Origin: Leptospira sp.
Lineage (GTDB): Bacteria; Spirochaetota; Leptospiria; Leptospirales; Leptospiraceae
Assembly (NCBI GenBank): GCA_034439575.1
Contig: JAWXAQ010000007.1
Location: 224,001-288,000, forward strand
Length of the DNA stretch: 64,000 nucleotides
Reading direction: 5' to 3'
The translations under genes and the position numbers were made by a program. Numbering within the stretch: the stretch's first letter is position 1; each line of letters starts with the position of its first letter. The notes under the pieces are model-generated. The model was not told where the DNA came from, searched no databases, and was given only the letters and a program-made list of their open reading frames with translations. Below are positions 53,383 to 63,538 of this stretch, one piece after another.

Positions 53383-53943
53383 TTAAGGGGATACTACATA
53401 TCCAACAGTCGCTGCTTGGCCACGCGATGGAATCGCATAAAAGAAATAGTAATAAGTGCCAGCTGTAGCAATGACTGTTGTCGCTGAAGTGACGAGTTTA
53501 TGTGAAGTTGCAAATTCAGAAGTGGAATCAGCTGCCGTTGTCGTAAATCCAGAATTGTATGTGAGGGCTCCACTTGCAGGAAGAGGACAAGCATCCGCTT
53601 TATACAAAATTCCAAATGCATTTCCAGTCAATGTGATGGTCGTCGCTGCCGTAACGGTGAATTTTAATGCTGCAGTTTGATGGCCAACAATGGGAACTGT
53701 ACCGAGTTTGGAAATCGTCCCTGTTTTAGAAACACCAGAAACTGTTAAATCCGTAGTATTTGTAGTAATAGAACCTCTCCCTGTCGTATTCACTACACAA
53801 TCGCCAGAAGTGGTCGTCGCTGCCGCTAAAAGTAATGCTAAAGTCGCATCATCGTTTTCTTCTTCTTTTTTGCAATTAGTCAATGAAAGCCCAATGATTA
53901 GTAACATAGCTGAAATTTTTAATGAGAATTTGAAAGGGGTCAT
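53383..53943 (-). CDS. Thr/Ala-rich lipoprotein, first gene of the haem cluster
   Basis: Lipobox TNC, EEENDDATLALLLAA linker; AAGGA RBS. Confidence 0.8.
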   Translation of the reverse strand: MTPFKFSLKISAMLLIIGLSLTNCKKEEENDDATLALLLAAATTTSGDCVVNTTGRGSITTNTTDLTVSGVSKTGTISKLGTVPIVGHQTAALKFTVTAATTITLTGNAFGILYKADACPLPASGALTYNSGFTTTAADSTSEFATSHKLVTSATTVIATAGTYYYFFYAIPSRGQAATVGYVVSP

Positions 53944-53979
53944 GGTGATTTTCCTTGTAATATATCCAAACTTTTGACT

Positions 53980-54000
53980 TGAGACTGAGAATCAATAGCA
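53980..54000. promoter_or_regulatory. Fur-like operator (two 7-1-7 repeats offset by 6 bp)
   Basis: TGAGACTGAGAATCAATAGCA, 36 nt upstream of the haem-cluster start codon. Confidence 0.6.
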
Positions 54001-54183
54001 AATTTTAAAATTTACTATTTTTCCGAAACGGAAACACAACCGTGACACTTCTTTCCATTTACTATTCCACTTGGTCATTTAACAGTTGGTAGTTCCTTCT
54101 CTTGATAAAATTTGGTACTTAAGCGGAGAGTAAAAAAAATCAATTGTAATGAAAAGGATTTTTCGTCTATTTATTCTTAACAT

Positions 54184-56625
54184 ATGTCATTTCAAGAACT
54201 TACAGTCTATTTAGAAAAGAAGGATAATGAGTTCTTTTCGATTCTGGAAAGTGACATAAAAAATTTAAGCAATACAAAGACTTTAATCATCATAAATTCC
54301 ATTGATTTTTCAGGAATTAAAAAGATTCCAGGAACAATCGTATTAATTTGGTTAGATGACAGTACTTTAGAAAAACAAAAAATACTTTTAGAACAATATC
54401 CTGAAATTCCATACATTTTGTTATCTGAAGATCACGTTAATGATTTTGAATTAACAGCAAATGCACACCCCACAAAATTATTTCTGACGAAATCATTATA
54501 CTCCCCTCTATTTTTACAATTGATGTTGGACTTTGCGGAAAGGTTTATTTCTGACATGAATCGTTCCTTCGAATATGATCGCATGAAGGAAAAAATCGTA
54601 GAACTTGAAAATATATTCGAAGAATCATTGGATATACAAATCCAAATAGATCCAGCGTCAAAACAAATTATAGGTATCAATAAACAAGCATTAAGTGTCC
54701 TGGGTTATTCAAAAGAAGAATTAATAGGTCAAGATTTTTCTATTTTAGTTCCCCCCGTTGATTTAACTGTGGATGCTGAATTTGAAGGAAGTTTAATTGC
54801 GGGCAGTGCTTTAAAAACAAAATTGGGAAATAGCATTCCTATGGAATCATCATTTCGGTTGTTTCCAGCTAACGGAAAGATGGCGGTATGGACAACTTTT
54901 CGTGATATAACGGAAAGACGAATTGCCCAAGAACAAGTAAAAAATCAAAAAGCATTTTATGAATTTATATTGGATAATATCGATTCTGATATTTCTGTAT
55001 TGGATTCTTTGTTTCGTTACGAATATTCAAATCCGAAATTGGTAACAATTCAAGAGACTAGAAATTGGCTAAATCAAAAATCAGATTTTGATTTTGCTAT
55101 GAAGATGAATTATCCCCCCGAATTCGCAGAAAAACGAAAAAAATATTTAGAAATCGCGAGCAAAGGGAATGAAATTGTAGAATTTGAAGAACTAATTCAA
55201 GATGAGCATGATGAGAAAAAATATATTCTTAGGAAATATATACCTATAGAAGAATCCAAAACTCATAAAAGACGAATCATTAGTTATGGAATTGATATTA
55301 CTGATCGTAAATTATCTGAAGAACGAATATCTTATTTAGCTTATTATGATGCCTTAACTGGACTATCAAATAGAACTTTATTCATAGATCATGCAAACCA
55401 AGCCTTGAAAAACCCTTCAACGATAGGAAATATTTTTGCCTTCTATTTCTTTGATATTGATAACTTTAAATTTATAAACGATAGTCTTGGCCATGCGAAA
55501 GGAGATATGTTACTCCAAATGGTCGGAGCGAGACTCAAACGTATCATGAATGAAGTGGATACGGTCGCCAGATTCGGTGGTGATGAATTTGCGATTTTAA
55601 AATTGGATATAGATAGCAAAGGTAAGGCGGCAGAATTTGCTCAGAAAATTTTAGATATTCTCAGCCAACCATTTCATATAACAGGCAGAGATCTTTATAC
55701 TACGATAAGTATGGGAATTGCTTTATCACCAAATGACGGCTCTGCGACACAAGAATTATTAAAAAATGCCGATATGGCGATGTATAAAGCCAAAGACCTT
55801 GGTCGCAATAATTTTCGATTTTATTCACCGGAACTAATTGAAAGATCTGAAAAGAGACTTTATATAGAAAATTCTTTACGTAAAGCCATTCAGAACAACG
55901 AACTTTCGTTATTTTTTCAGCCACAAATTTCGATGGCTTCTGGAAGAGTTTGCGGTGCGGAAGCTTTAATTCGTTGGAAACATCCTGAAAGAGGTTGGGT
56001 TCCTCCCAATGAATTCATTCCTGTGGCGGAGGATTCTGGTATTATCGAAAGAATCGGCGACTGGGTATTAGAAGAAGCATGCAGAAATAAAAAAGCGTGG
56101 AACCAGGCAAATTTAAATGGCTTCAACATAAGTATCAATGTTTCGGGAAAACAACTGAAACGAAATAGTTGGGCACAAAAAGTTCAGGCGACACTAGAAC
56201 ACTTTCAAATTAAAGCCGAAGAGATCGAATTAGAACTAACTGAAAGTTCGATTATGGAAAATCCAGAGAAAAGCATCGAAGCATTCAAATACCTATCCAA
56301 TTTAGGAATCAAAGTATCGATCGATGATTTTGGAACCGGATATTCTTCCCTTTCTTACCTTAAGAAAATAGATGCTGACAATTTAAAAATTGACCGTTCC
56401 TTTGTGATCGATTTAGAAACGAATGAAGATGACCAAGCCATTTGCCGTGCAATTATAAATATGGCCACTTCACTGGGCATGGAAGTGATTGCCGAAGGCG
56501 TGGAAACTGCGGAACAAAGAGATTTATTAAAATCAATTGGTTGTCATATCATACAAGGTTACTTTTATAGTCGCGCTTTGCCTGTGGATGAATTTGTTGC
56601 CTATGTTAAAAAAATTAACACTTAA
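54184..56625 (+). CDS. PAS-PAS-GGDEF-EAL diguanylate cyclase/phosphodiesterase
   Basis: PAS ends RDITER and DITDRK; D.LTGL.NR, GGDEF, EAL, ELTES, DDFGTGYSS, KID, EGVE. Confidence 0.95.
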   Translation: MSFQELTVYLEKKDNEFFSILESDIKNLSNTKTLIIINSIDFSGIKKIPGTIVLIWLDDSTLEKQKILLEQYPEIPYILLSEDHVNDFELTANAHPTKLFLTKSLYSPLFLQLMLDFAERFISDMNRSFEYDRMKEKIVELENIFEESLDIQIQIDPASKQIIGINKQALSVLGYSKEELIGQDFSILVPPVDLTVDAEFEGSLIAGSALKTKLGNSIPMESSFRLFPANGKMAVWTTFRDITERRIAQEQVKNQKAFYEFILDNIDSDISVLDSLFRYEYSNPKLVTIQETRNWLNQKSDFDFAMKMNYPPEFAEKRKKYLEIASKGNEIVEFEELIQDEHDEKKYILRKYIPIEESKTHKRRIISYGIDITDRKLSEERISYLAYYDALTGLSNRTLFIDHANQALKNPSTIGNIFAFYFFDIDNFKFINDSLGHAKGDMLLQMVGARLKRIMNEVDTVARFGGDEFAILKLDIDSKGKAAEFAQKILDILSQPFHITGRDLYTTISMGIALSPNDGSATQELLKNADMAMYKAKDLGRNNFRFYSPELIERSEKRLYIENSLRKAIQNNELSLFFQPQISMASGRVCGAEALIRWKHPERGWVPPNEFIPVAEDSGIIERIGDWVLEEACRNKKAWNQANLNGFNISINVSGKQLKRNSWAQKVQATLEHFQIKAEEIELELTESSIMENPEKSIEAFKYLSNLGIKVSIDDFGTGYSSLSYLKKIDADNLKIDRSFVIDLETNEDDQAICRAIINMATSLGMEVIAEGVETAEQRDLLKSIGCHIIQGYFYSRALPVDEFVAYVKKINT

Positions 56626-56655
56626 AACTTAAGCACTTAGCCGATTTTATTCTTA

Positions 56656-57615
56656 ATGAAATCATTTGTTTTTGCTTTATTATTTTTGTTCTCATTTCAT
56701 CTCTTGAGTGCAGATGTAAAAAAGACAAAAACAAAAAAATCACCAGCGACTGTTTCTAATTATTTTGTTAAAAAAGAAGAGAAGAATTTCACTTTAACTT
56801 TAGAGGCTCGCAGATTTGGACGAGGGGAAGCTATCTTTTTCCGCCTTACACCGAAAGATCAAAAATGGATTAACGAAACTTTTAAAGTAGTTTGGATGGG
56901 GAAGGAAGTGATTCTCACCAAACAGGCAAAAAGTTTTATTGCTTACTTTGCTATCTCACCTGACTTTCCAGGGGGACCTATGACATTAGACATACATTCA
57001 AAAATATTTTTTGTTAAACGAGGGACTAAAACGTATCAGATAGATTTAGAACCCACAAAATTCCAAGTCATTAAAAAAAATACACTGAAAGTGGATAATA
57101 AATTTGTGACTGAGGAACTCTCTCCAGAGACCCTCGAATTTATAAAACAATGCAAACAAACAAAAGAACAAGCTTTCGGACAAAATTCAAAATTAGAATT
57201 TAATCAAACATTCAATATGCCTCTTGATGCCATTCATATAACTAGCAGATTCTATGTTAGACGAGACTACAATGGCAAAAAAGGTCGTCCGCATGGTGGG
57301 GTTGATTTCAGGGGAAAATTAGGGACACCTATTCGTGCCATACAAGAAGGAACAGTTGTTTTAGCACAGAAAATGTATTATGAAGGAAACTTTACGATCA
57401 TTAATCATGGGAACAAAATATTCACTTTTTATATGCACCAAAATGATATCAAAGTGAAAGTAGGCGAAAAAGTGAAAAAAGGGCAGATCATTGGGACTGT
57501 TGGTTCCACAGGGATGTCAACTGGACCCCACTTGCATCTAGGAGCCAAGGTGAATGATACACTTGTGGATCCTTTATCATTAATTGCCCTCAGGACGATT
57601 GCTGAAAGTAAATGA
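56656..57615 (+). CDS. Exported M23-family metallopeptidase
   Basis: HGGVD, Y.H, GSTG.STGPHLH intact. Confidence 0.92.
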   Translation: MKSFVFALLFLFSFHLLSADVKKTKTKKSPATVSNYFVKKEEKNFTLTLEARRFGRGEAIFFRLTPKDQKWINETFKVVWMGKEVILTKQAKSFIAYFAISPDFPGGPMTLDIHSKIFFVKRGTKTYQIDLEPTKFQVIKKNTLKVDNKFVTEELSPETLEFIKQCKQTKEQAFGQNSKLEFNQTFNMPLDAIHITSRFYVRRDYNGKKGRPHGGVDFRGKLGTPIRAIQEGTVVLAQKMYYEGNFTIINHGNKIFTFYMHQNDIKVKVGEKVKKGQIIGTVGSTGMSTGPHLHLGAKVNDTLVDPLSLIALRTIAESK

Positions 57616-58632
57616 TTTCAAAATAAAATCTAAACCAGGTTCATGAGGCTGGTCTTTTTCTAAATTTTCAGTGATATGAAGTAAGATTTTATCATGCGCT
57701 AAGTTTTCTATCAATATAAATCCTGTTTTCGCATAACGTGGACGAAGAAGGTCAAAAAAAGTCCAAAACTTACTTCCAATATTTTGAATGGTTTTTTCTT
57801 CTGATACTATTTCCTGTAAGTCCTCAATCTCTTCTTTACTTACTTGCATTTTTAAATACAAAGAAATTTCTTCAGACGCTTGAGCGAGTTCAAATGGAAC
57901 GTACGATGGAAAATAGAACATTCGAATAAAAGGATATCGATTTGGATCATTATCACTTGAACCTATAAGTCCTGCGATTTGACCTGCTCCCGTTTGGTTT
58001 TCTAATTTGAGATCTCTTGGATAATAAAATACAAATTCTTCATTTAAGGTAAATCCAAGTTTGATCTCTTCATTCCAGTAAGAGTTATCGTTTTTAACCC
58101 ATTCGTTTAAGTTTACTTCTTCAAATTTGTATTTGTTTTTAAAAAGAAAATAAGAAGAAACTATTTCCACAGATTGAAGCGCTTTGAATGATAATAAGCC
58201 ATTACCAACTAACAAAAAAGACGCGATCAGTATTTTTAAGAAGAATTCTGCTTTTATAAGTCTTACCAATGTAAAAATTGTAATGAGCATGAAACAAAAT
58301 ACTTTCCCTGCTCGGAATTGAAAAATTTCAGATGTCCATAAAGCCAAAATAAAAATGATAAAAACTATAAGTTCAATTAAAGGATGGTATGGATTTAACC
58401 AATAACTTTTAATCAGAAAAAGTGTTCCATAAATAAGCATCCCACCTAATACGAGTGCAAAAATACTTAAAAAAAGAATATAATTCCAGGGTAGGTGCCA
58501 CTCGTGAAATATAAAGAAAGGCAAACTTATACAAGCATACGCTAATATAACTAACGCAGTACGAGAATGATTTGTTATTTTGAATAAGAAATCTCTTGCA
58601 CGATTGAATAAAATATCAATAATTTGATGCAT
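57580..58632 (-). CDS. Membrane hypothetical protein (about 5 N-terminal TMs plus soluble domain)
   Basis: Long ORF with hydrophobic N-half; ATG 58632 preferred over GTG 58692. Confidence 0.7.
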   Translation of the reverse strand: MHQIIDILFNRARDFLFKITNHSRTALVILAYACISLPFFIFHEWHLPWNYILFLSIFALVLGGMLIYGTLFLIKSYWLNPYHPLIELIVFIIFILALWTSEIFQFRAGKVFCFMLITIFTLVRLIKAEFFLKILIASFLLVGNGLLSFKALQSVEIVSSYFLFKNKYKFEEVNLNEWVKNDNSYWNEEIKLGFTLNEEFVFYYPRDLKLENQTGAGQIAGLIGSSDNDPNRYPFIRMFYFPSYVPFELAQASEEISLYLKMQVSKEEIEDLQEIVSEEKTIQNIGSKFWTFFDLLRPRYAKTGFILIENLAHDKILLHITENLEKDQPHEPGLDFILKSFTFSNRPEGN

Positions 58633-59206
58633 GTCAGGTATAATACAGTTCTTTGAAAAAATACAAAAGCAGATCCTAGATCTCCAAACCACAATAAATC
58701 AATTCCAACAAAGTTGGCAAAATTTTCAAAAGTTCTGGGATCTATTTTTTACTATCTTGCCTTGGGAAGTTCTCCTTTTACTACTCTTTTCTGTCATCTT
58801 CCTTTCCATATTTAATTCAGTCTCACCAAATACTCCAAAGATAAACTTAAGTATTATCGTGATTATGCTTTCTTTCCTTTGGTCATATTTCTGGGGGATT
58901 TTTAGTACCACTGTAAATTACCTTGTCATTGCAAAAGCGGCACTCTATATTCTACTTCCTGTTCACGCCTTTGGGATTGTATCCTTGAGTTATCATTTTT
59001 ATAAAAAATGGAGTCTTTCCAAAAAACGAATCCAACCACGTGATTGGGAAATGAGTCTAGGACAAATTTCCAAAGATTATAATGAGCTCATGTCTTTTGG
59101 ATATGGAAAAACGAATTCAGCAATTGAAAGTGCGAAAGAATTAAAAGAAAAAATACAAAATTTAGAATCTGCACTTTTAGGATTAAAATCTTTGTTAAAG
59201 GATTAG
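58631..59206 (+). CDS. Membrane hypothetical protein with coiled-coil termini
   Basis: 191 aa, about 3 TM segments. Confidence 0.7.
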   Translation: MSGIIQFFEKIQKQILDLQTTINQFQQSWQNFQKFWDLFFTILPWEVLLLLLFSVIFLSIFNSVSPNTPKINLSIIVIMLSFLWSYFWGIFSTTVNYLVIAKAALYILLPVHAFGIVSLSYHFYKKWSLSKKRIQPRDWEMSLGQISKDYNELMSFGYGKTNSAIESAKELKEKIQNLESALLGLKSLLKD

Positions 59207-59208
59207 CG
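59200..59208 (+). repeat. 9-bp direct repeat GGATTAGCG (left copy)
   Basis: Identical to 63530-63538; spans the stop codon of the 58631-59206 ORF. Confidence 0.5.
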
Positions 59209-59220
59209 TTAAGAGCAATT

Positions 59221-61284
59221 ATGCGGAAAAAATATATTTTATTATTAATTAGTTTTTTGTTTTGTAAACCACCTCAATTAAATAATGCAGGTGATTCCAA
59301 GACTATAACTTTTTTAATCACCGAGTATCTGCGATGTTTAAATGCACGTTGTTATGATGTAGATAGCACACGCAATACTGTATGGAAGGAAGTTTTTGCA
59401 AAGCCGGTACCTACTGATTTGAGAAATATCCGTCAGAACTCAAAGGGTGTCAGTATTGCTGTTGGTGGCAATGGTACTATTATCAGAAAAGAATCGGAAA
59501 ATGCAGAATGGGTATTGGTTAATGCTGGTTTTGCGAATTTTTGGAGATCTGTATCCTTTCGCACTGATACTGAAGTTTGGATCGTTGGGGAAGCACAATC
59601 AATTGCTGTGAGCCAAGATAGTGGCAAAACTTGGAAAAAATTAAACAATCCTAGTTTAAGTGGAAATTTCGGAGGAGTTCTCTTTACGGATGCTCAGAAT
59701 GGAATCATTGTCGCTGATGTAATGTTTGAAGTTCAATCAAGTTACAATACCATTATGCGAACAACAGACGGTGGTTATACGTGGTTTGAACAAATGAAAG
59801 TTTCGAATGGTACTTGGAATTTTCTAGAAAGAGCTTACGACAATTCAATCATAGCTGGCTTACGTATTGATAATTCAAATGGGTTACTTTATAGATCCTT
59901 TGATGATGGAAAGTCATGGACAAAGATAGACTATATTCCCTTTGCTAATCCTGTATTTGTAGATTTTAAAAATGCACAAGAAGGGATTGGTATTTTTGCG
60001 GCTCCTGGAGGTAATCTTCGCAAAACAACAGATGGAGGTATCACTTGGAGTGATATTCCCTCTGCTCCCTCTATTAGTTTCGCTGGCCTTAGGTTTGTTT
60101 CTTCTGGACGAATACTTTTGTCTGGTATCGCAAGTACCTCACCGCAGCATCCAGTGATTTACAGAAGTGATGATTTTGGTCAAAGCTGGAATCTCATCAC
60201 TACCGTTAGTTCCTATTTAAGTTCAATCCCAGTTTATTTTTACAATAAAGACCAAAAAGTTTATTTATTGGGAACCGCTGGATTTTTGGCAGAATCAACT
60301 AACAATGGTGATGATTTTAAATTAAAATCAAGTTTTTATCGGCAAGTCTCTGGTATATACATTAAAGGCCTTTCTAATGGACAAATTTTATTCAATACTT
60401 TCCAACAAGCTCCTAATACCCCTTTTTTTAAAACCATTGATAAATTTGACACGACAACTCTTATGAATTTTACATCAGCCTCAAATGTGAATATGAATGT
60501 TATGTGTTCAACGAGTGATGGAATGAAAATTTTTATCGGCGGAGCGAATATGAATGCATATTATTCTTACGATGGCGGGCAATCATTCACACTCATTACC
60601 GTTGGAAACATAACCGGTGGTATCATTCCTGGATCATCTTCCATCACTGCTTGTTCGTGGCTCGATCAAAATTCTATAGTTATAGGCGCAGCTAATGCGT
60701 ACACGGCGAGGTCTGTAGATTCTGGAGTGAATTGGTCAGCTCATACTTCTGTAAACACATCGTTACCTGCGATTAGAAATTTTGCGGTTTCACCTAGCAA
60801 TAGCAATATTGTCATTGGTGTGACTGGGATTGGAAGCGCAAATGTGACCACTGCAGCAATCATAAAATCATCTGATGCAGGAATCAATTGGACATCTACT
60901 AGTTATCAAAATATAAATTTTACCGATGTATCATGTATCGATTCAGTTACTTGTTATGCGTTTGGATTTTATGTAGCAAATACTACATTTCAAACCAATG
61001 TATTTAAGACTACTGATGCGGGAAACAGTTGGACTAAGATTGTCCCCCTCGGTCTAATCGGAGCATCACCAAGAAAGTGTCATTTTTTCAATACATTAGA
61101 AGGATGGCTTTCCACAAATCGTGGTCTTTATTATACTAAGGATGGCGGTTTAACATGGAGCGAATCTATTTTGCCATATATAAACATTGGTTATAATGAT
61201 ATCACATCATTGTCAGATGGGACTGTTTATGCTATCGGACAGAACATGAGTATCATCTCAGCTCCGAATCGAGGATTCCAATGA
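59221..61284 (+). CDS. YCF48/BNR(Asp-box)-repeat beta-propeller lipoprotein
   Basis: Lipobox FLFC; about 11 (S/T)xDxGx(T/S)W repeats. Confidence 0.85.
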   Translation: MRKKYILLLISFLFCKPPQLNNAGDSKTITFLITEYLRCLNARCYDVDSTRNTVWKEVFAKPVPTDLRNIRQNSKGVSIAVGGNGTIIRKESENAEWVLVNAGFANFWRSVSFRTDTEVWIVGEAQSIAVSQDSGKTWKKLNNPSLSGNFGGVLFTDAQNGIIVADVMFEVQSSYNTIMRTTDGGYTWFEQMKVSNGTWNFLERAYDNSIIAGLRIDNSNGLLYRSFDDGKSWTKIDYIPFANPVFVDFKNAQEGIGIFAAPGGNLRKTTDGGITWSDIPSAPSISFAGLRFVSSGRILLSGIASTSPQHPVIYRSDDFGQSWNLITTVSSYLSSIPVYFYNKDQKVYLLGTAGFLAESTNNGDDFKLKSSFYRQVSGIYIKGLSNGQILFNTFQQAPNTPFFKTIDKFDTTTLMNFTSASNVNMNVMCSTSDGMKIFIGGANMNAYYSYDGGQSFTLITVGNITGGIIPGSSSITACSWLDQNSIVIGAANAYTARSVDSGVNWSAHTSVNTSLPAIRNFAVSPSNSNIVIGVTGIGSANVTTAAIIKSSDAGINWTSTSYQNINFTDVSCIDSVTCYAFGFYVANTTFQTNVFKTTDAGNSWTKIVPLGLIGASPRKCHFFNTLEGWLSTNRGLYYTKDGGLTWSESILPYINIGYNDITSLSDGTVYAIGQNMSIISAPNRGFQ

Positions 61285-63536
61285 TATATAAAATCTATTT
61301 TGTAATCATTGCGTATGTCTGTATAAATTGTTCCAATTTGATTCAAAACAAAGATAAAAATATTTTTGAAACATTGGGCATACTTTCAATTTTAAATAGT
61401 ACACAAGAATTGGATTTTGATCCCTCCAATTTATTATTTCCAACCACAAATGGGGTAGTCAAAGAACAAATTCGTATTGGGAATATTTTGTATGCGATAG
61501 GCGATTATAGCTTTATGGGATATCCTGCGGAAAGGTATGCGGAAATTAATCCAAATGATGGATCACTCATCAGACGTAATATGCCCCTCGTATCTGGAGT
61601 TTCTTTAAATCGTATCTTAAAGGATAACTTAGGTCGGACTTATTTGATTGGAAATTTTACTGCAGTGGACGGTGTTAGCAGATCAAACTTTGCCAGGTTA
61701 AATGCCGATGGAACTTTATCGTCTTTCGCTCCTTCTTTCAATGGCGCCATACGATTCGGTTTATTATTATCAAATAACAAATTATTATTGTCAGGTGCTT
61801 TTACGACTGTCGATAGCACTTCCACCACATTTGGAATCGTTGCCATTGATTTAAATACAGATACGATTGATACAGCATGGGTGAAAACACTTTCGACGGC
61901 TAATTCTGTAAATGCGATGTTGGAGAAGAATTCAAATGTTTATTTGGGTGGTAGTTTTACTACTATTGATGGAAATGTTAGAAATGGTTTGGTAAAATTA
62001 AATTTAACAGGAACCGTGGATACAACATGGACAATCTCCATTGCCGGGACTCCACTTTCTATCAATTCACTAGCAACTAACACTGATGGGACAAGACTTT
62101 TTATAGGAGGAGTATTTAGCACTGTAGGCGTCACCTCTAAACCTCATTTAGCCTCGATTGATATCACTAGTTCACCAACATTAGATACAAATTTTGAATC
62201 TAATTTCACTTTTTCAACAACGGCTACAGCTATTTCCAAAATAATCAGCGATGGGACACTCTCAGATGGAAATCTTTATATTTGCGGAAGATTTGCAACT
62301 TTGTCTGGAATTCCCGCTGTAGCAAAGCTTAAACAATCAACAGGGGTAGTTGATAGAGAATATCGATTGCCTCAAGTGAATTCAAGTTTATTAGTCAATG
62401 AATGTTTGTTAAATGGAAATGATATGTACATTGCAGCGGGAATTTCCATTTCTAATACAATGTACACTAGATCTGTATTATTAAAATATAACCATTATAT
62501 AAGAGATTTTGACTATGGATTCAATCCTTTCCCTTCGACTAATGTGAATGGAATAACTTTATATGAAAATGTTTTATATGTTGCTGGTGCTTTTCAATAT
62601 ATTGGTGGATTGTTTCGCAAAGATATTGCTGGGATCAATTTGGTTAATGGAGATATAACGGAGACAAAAATAGAATTTCCTGCGGGAGGAAACTTAAATA
62701 GTGCCGCTAGCTTTGACAACAATCTGATATTAGGTGGCTCATTTTATCGGGCTGGATATGCTTATAACCGAAACCTAACAAAATATGATCCGAGAAATAA
62801 TGAAGTTATAACAAATTTTAATCCTGATATAGATGGAGAAGTTTATCATGTGATGAATGTAGAGGGTGATTTGTTAATTTCTGGAAATTTTCAAACTGTA
62901 AATTCCAATCCAAGATCTGGCTTTGCAAAATTAAATTCTACTTTTGGAAGTTTGGATCCATACTTTAAAAATTTCCCTGAAGGTAATGTTTACTCCTGCG
63001 TTTTATATAAAGGTGATTATTTATGTGCTGGTTCCTTTTCGAAAGTATCTGGCGTGAATTGCCCAAATTTATGTTTATTTGATCGGGGCACTGGCAAACC
63101 AAAATCATCTAACTTTAAATATACGGGTGGAATTTATAAACTAATTAAAAATTCGGATAGGATTCATATTCTAGGAAATTTGACATCTTGGGAAGACACA
63201 CAAGTTGCCGGCTTAGTCACGGTATCTTCAGAGAACTTAAGCCAAATCATCTCAACGGAAATTCCCGTAAACGGATTGCCCCATGATATAGTTTCAAAAA
63301 ATAACCGTACCGTCGTAGGTGGTGATTTTACTGCTTCAAACCAAGTTCCCCTATATGGACTAACGGCTTATACTTTGGGTTCCAATACGGTTCGCTCAGA
63401 AGGAAATCCTTATCAAAATCGAGATATATTCAGTATCCAAGCAATTGGAAAAAATACTTTTAGTGTAGGAGGGAATTATTCCACTTTGAATGGTAAAACA
63501 CAATTTGGCTTGGGATTAGTGCAATTCTCGGATTAG
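61281..63536 (+). CDS. Delta-60-like repeat beta-propeller lipoprotein
   Basis: Lipobox INC; many approx. 50-60 aa repeats Y.GG.FTT....R..L.KL...G..D..F; ATGA overlap with the upstream gene. Confidence 0.8.
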   Translation: MIYKIYFVIIAYVCINCSNLIQNKDKNIFETLGILSILNSTQELDFDPSNLLFPTTNGVVKEQIRIGNILYAIGDYSFMGYPAERYAEINPNDGSLIRRNMPLVSGVSLNRILKDNLGRTYLIGNFTAVDGVSRSNFARLNADGTLSSFAPSFNGAIRFGLLLSNNKLLLSGAFTTVDSTSTTFGIVAIDLNTDTIDTAWVKTLSTANSVNAMLEKNSNVYLGGSFTTIDGNVRNGLVKLNLTGTVDTTWTISIAGTPLSINSLATNTDGTRLFIGGVFSTVGVTSKPHLASIDITSSPTLDTNFESNFTFSTTATAISKIISDGTLSDGNLYICGRFATLSGIPAVAKLKQSTGVVDREYRLPQVNSSLLVNECLLNGNDMYIAAGISISNTMYTRSVLLKYNHYIRDFDYGFNPFPSTNVNGITLYENVLYVAGAFQYIGGLFRKDIAGINLVNGDITETKIEFPAGGNLNSAASFDNNLILGGSFYRAGYAYNRNLTKYDPRNNEVITNFNPDIDGEVYHVMNVEGDLLISGNFQTVNSNPRSGFAKLNSTFGSLDPYFKNFPEGNVYSCVLYKGDYLCAGSFSKVSGVNCPNLCLFDRGTGKPKSSNFKYTGGIYKLIKNSDRIHILGNLTSWEDTQVAGLVTVSSENLSQIISTEIPVNGLPHDIVSKNNRTVVGGDFTASNQVPLYGLTAYTLGSNTVRSEGNPYQNRDIFSIQAIGKNTFSVGGNYSTLNGKTQFGLGLVQFSD

Positions 63537-63538
63537 CG
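63530..63538 (+). repeat. 9-bp direct repeat GGATTAGCG (right copy)
   Basis: Identical to 59200-59208; spans the stop codon of the 61281-63536 ORF. Confidence 0.5.

Noticed and set aside
54001-54183. Riboswitch (cobalamin or c-di-GMP) in the spacer; ATTTACTATT repeat at 54010 and 54057
   Set aside because: No conserved riboswitch core motifs seen; the AT-rich repeat is plausibly chance
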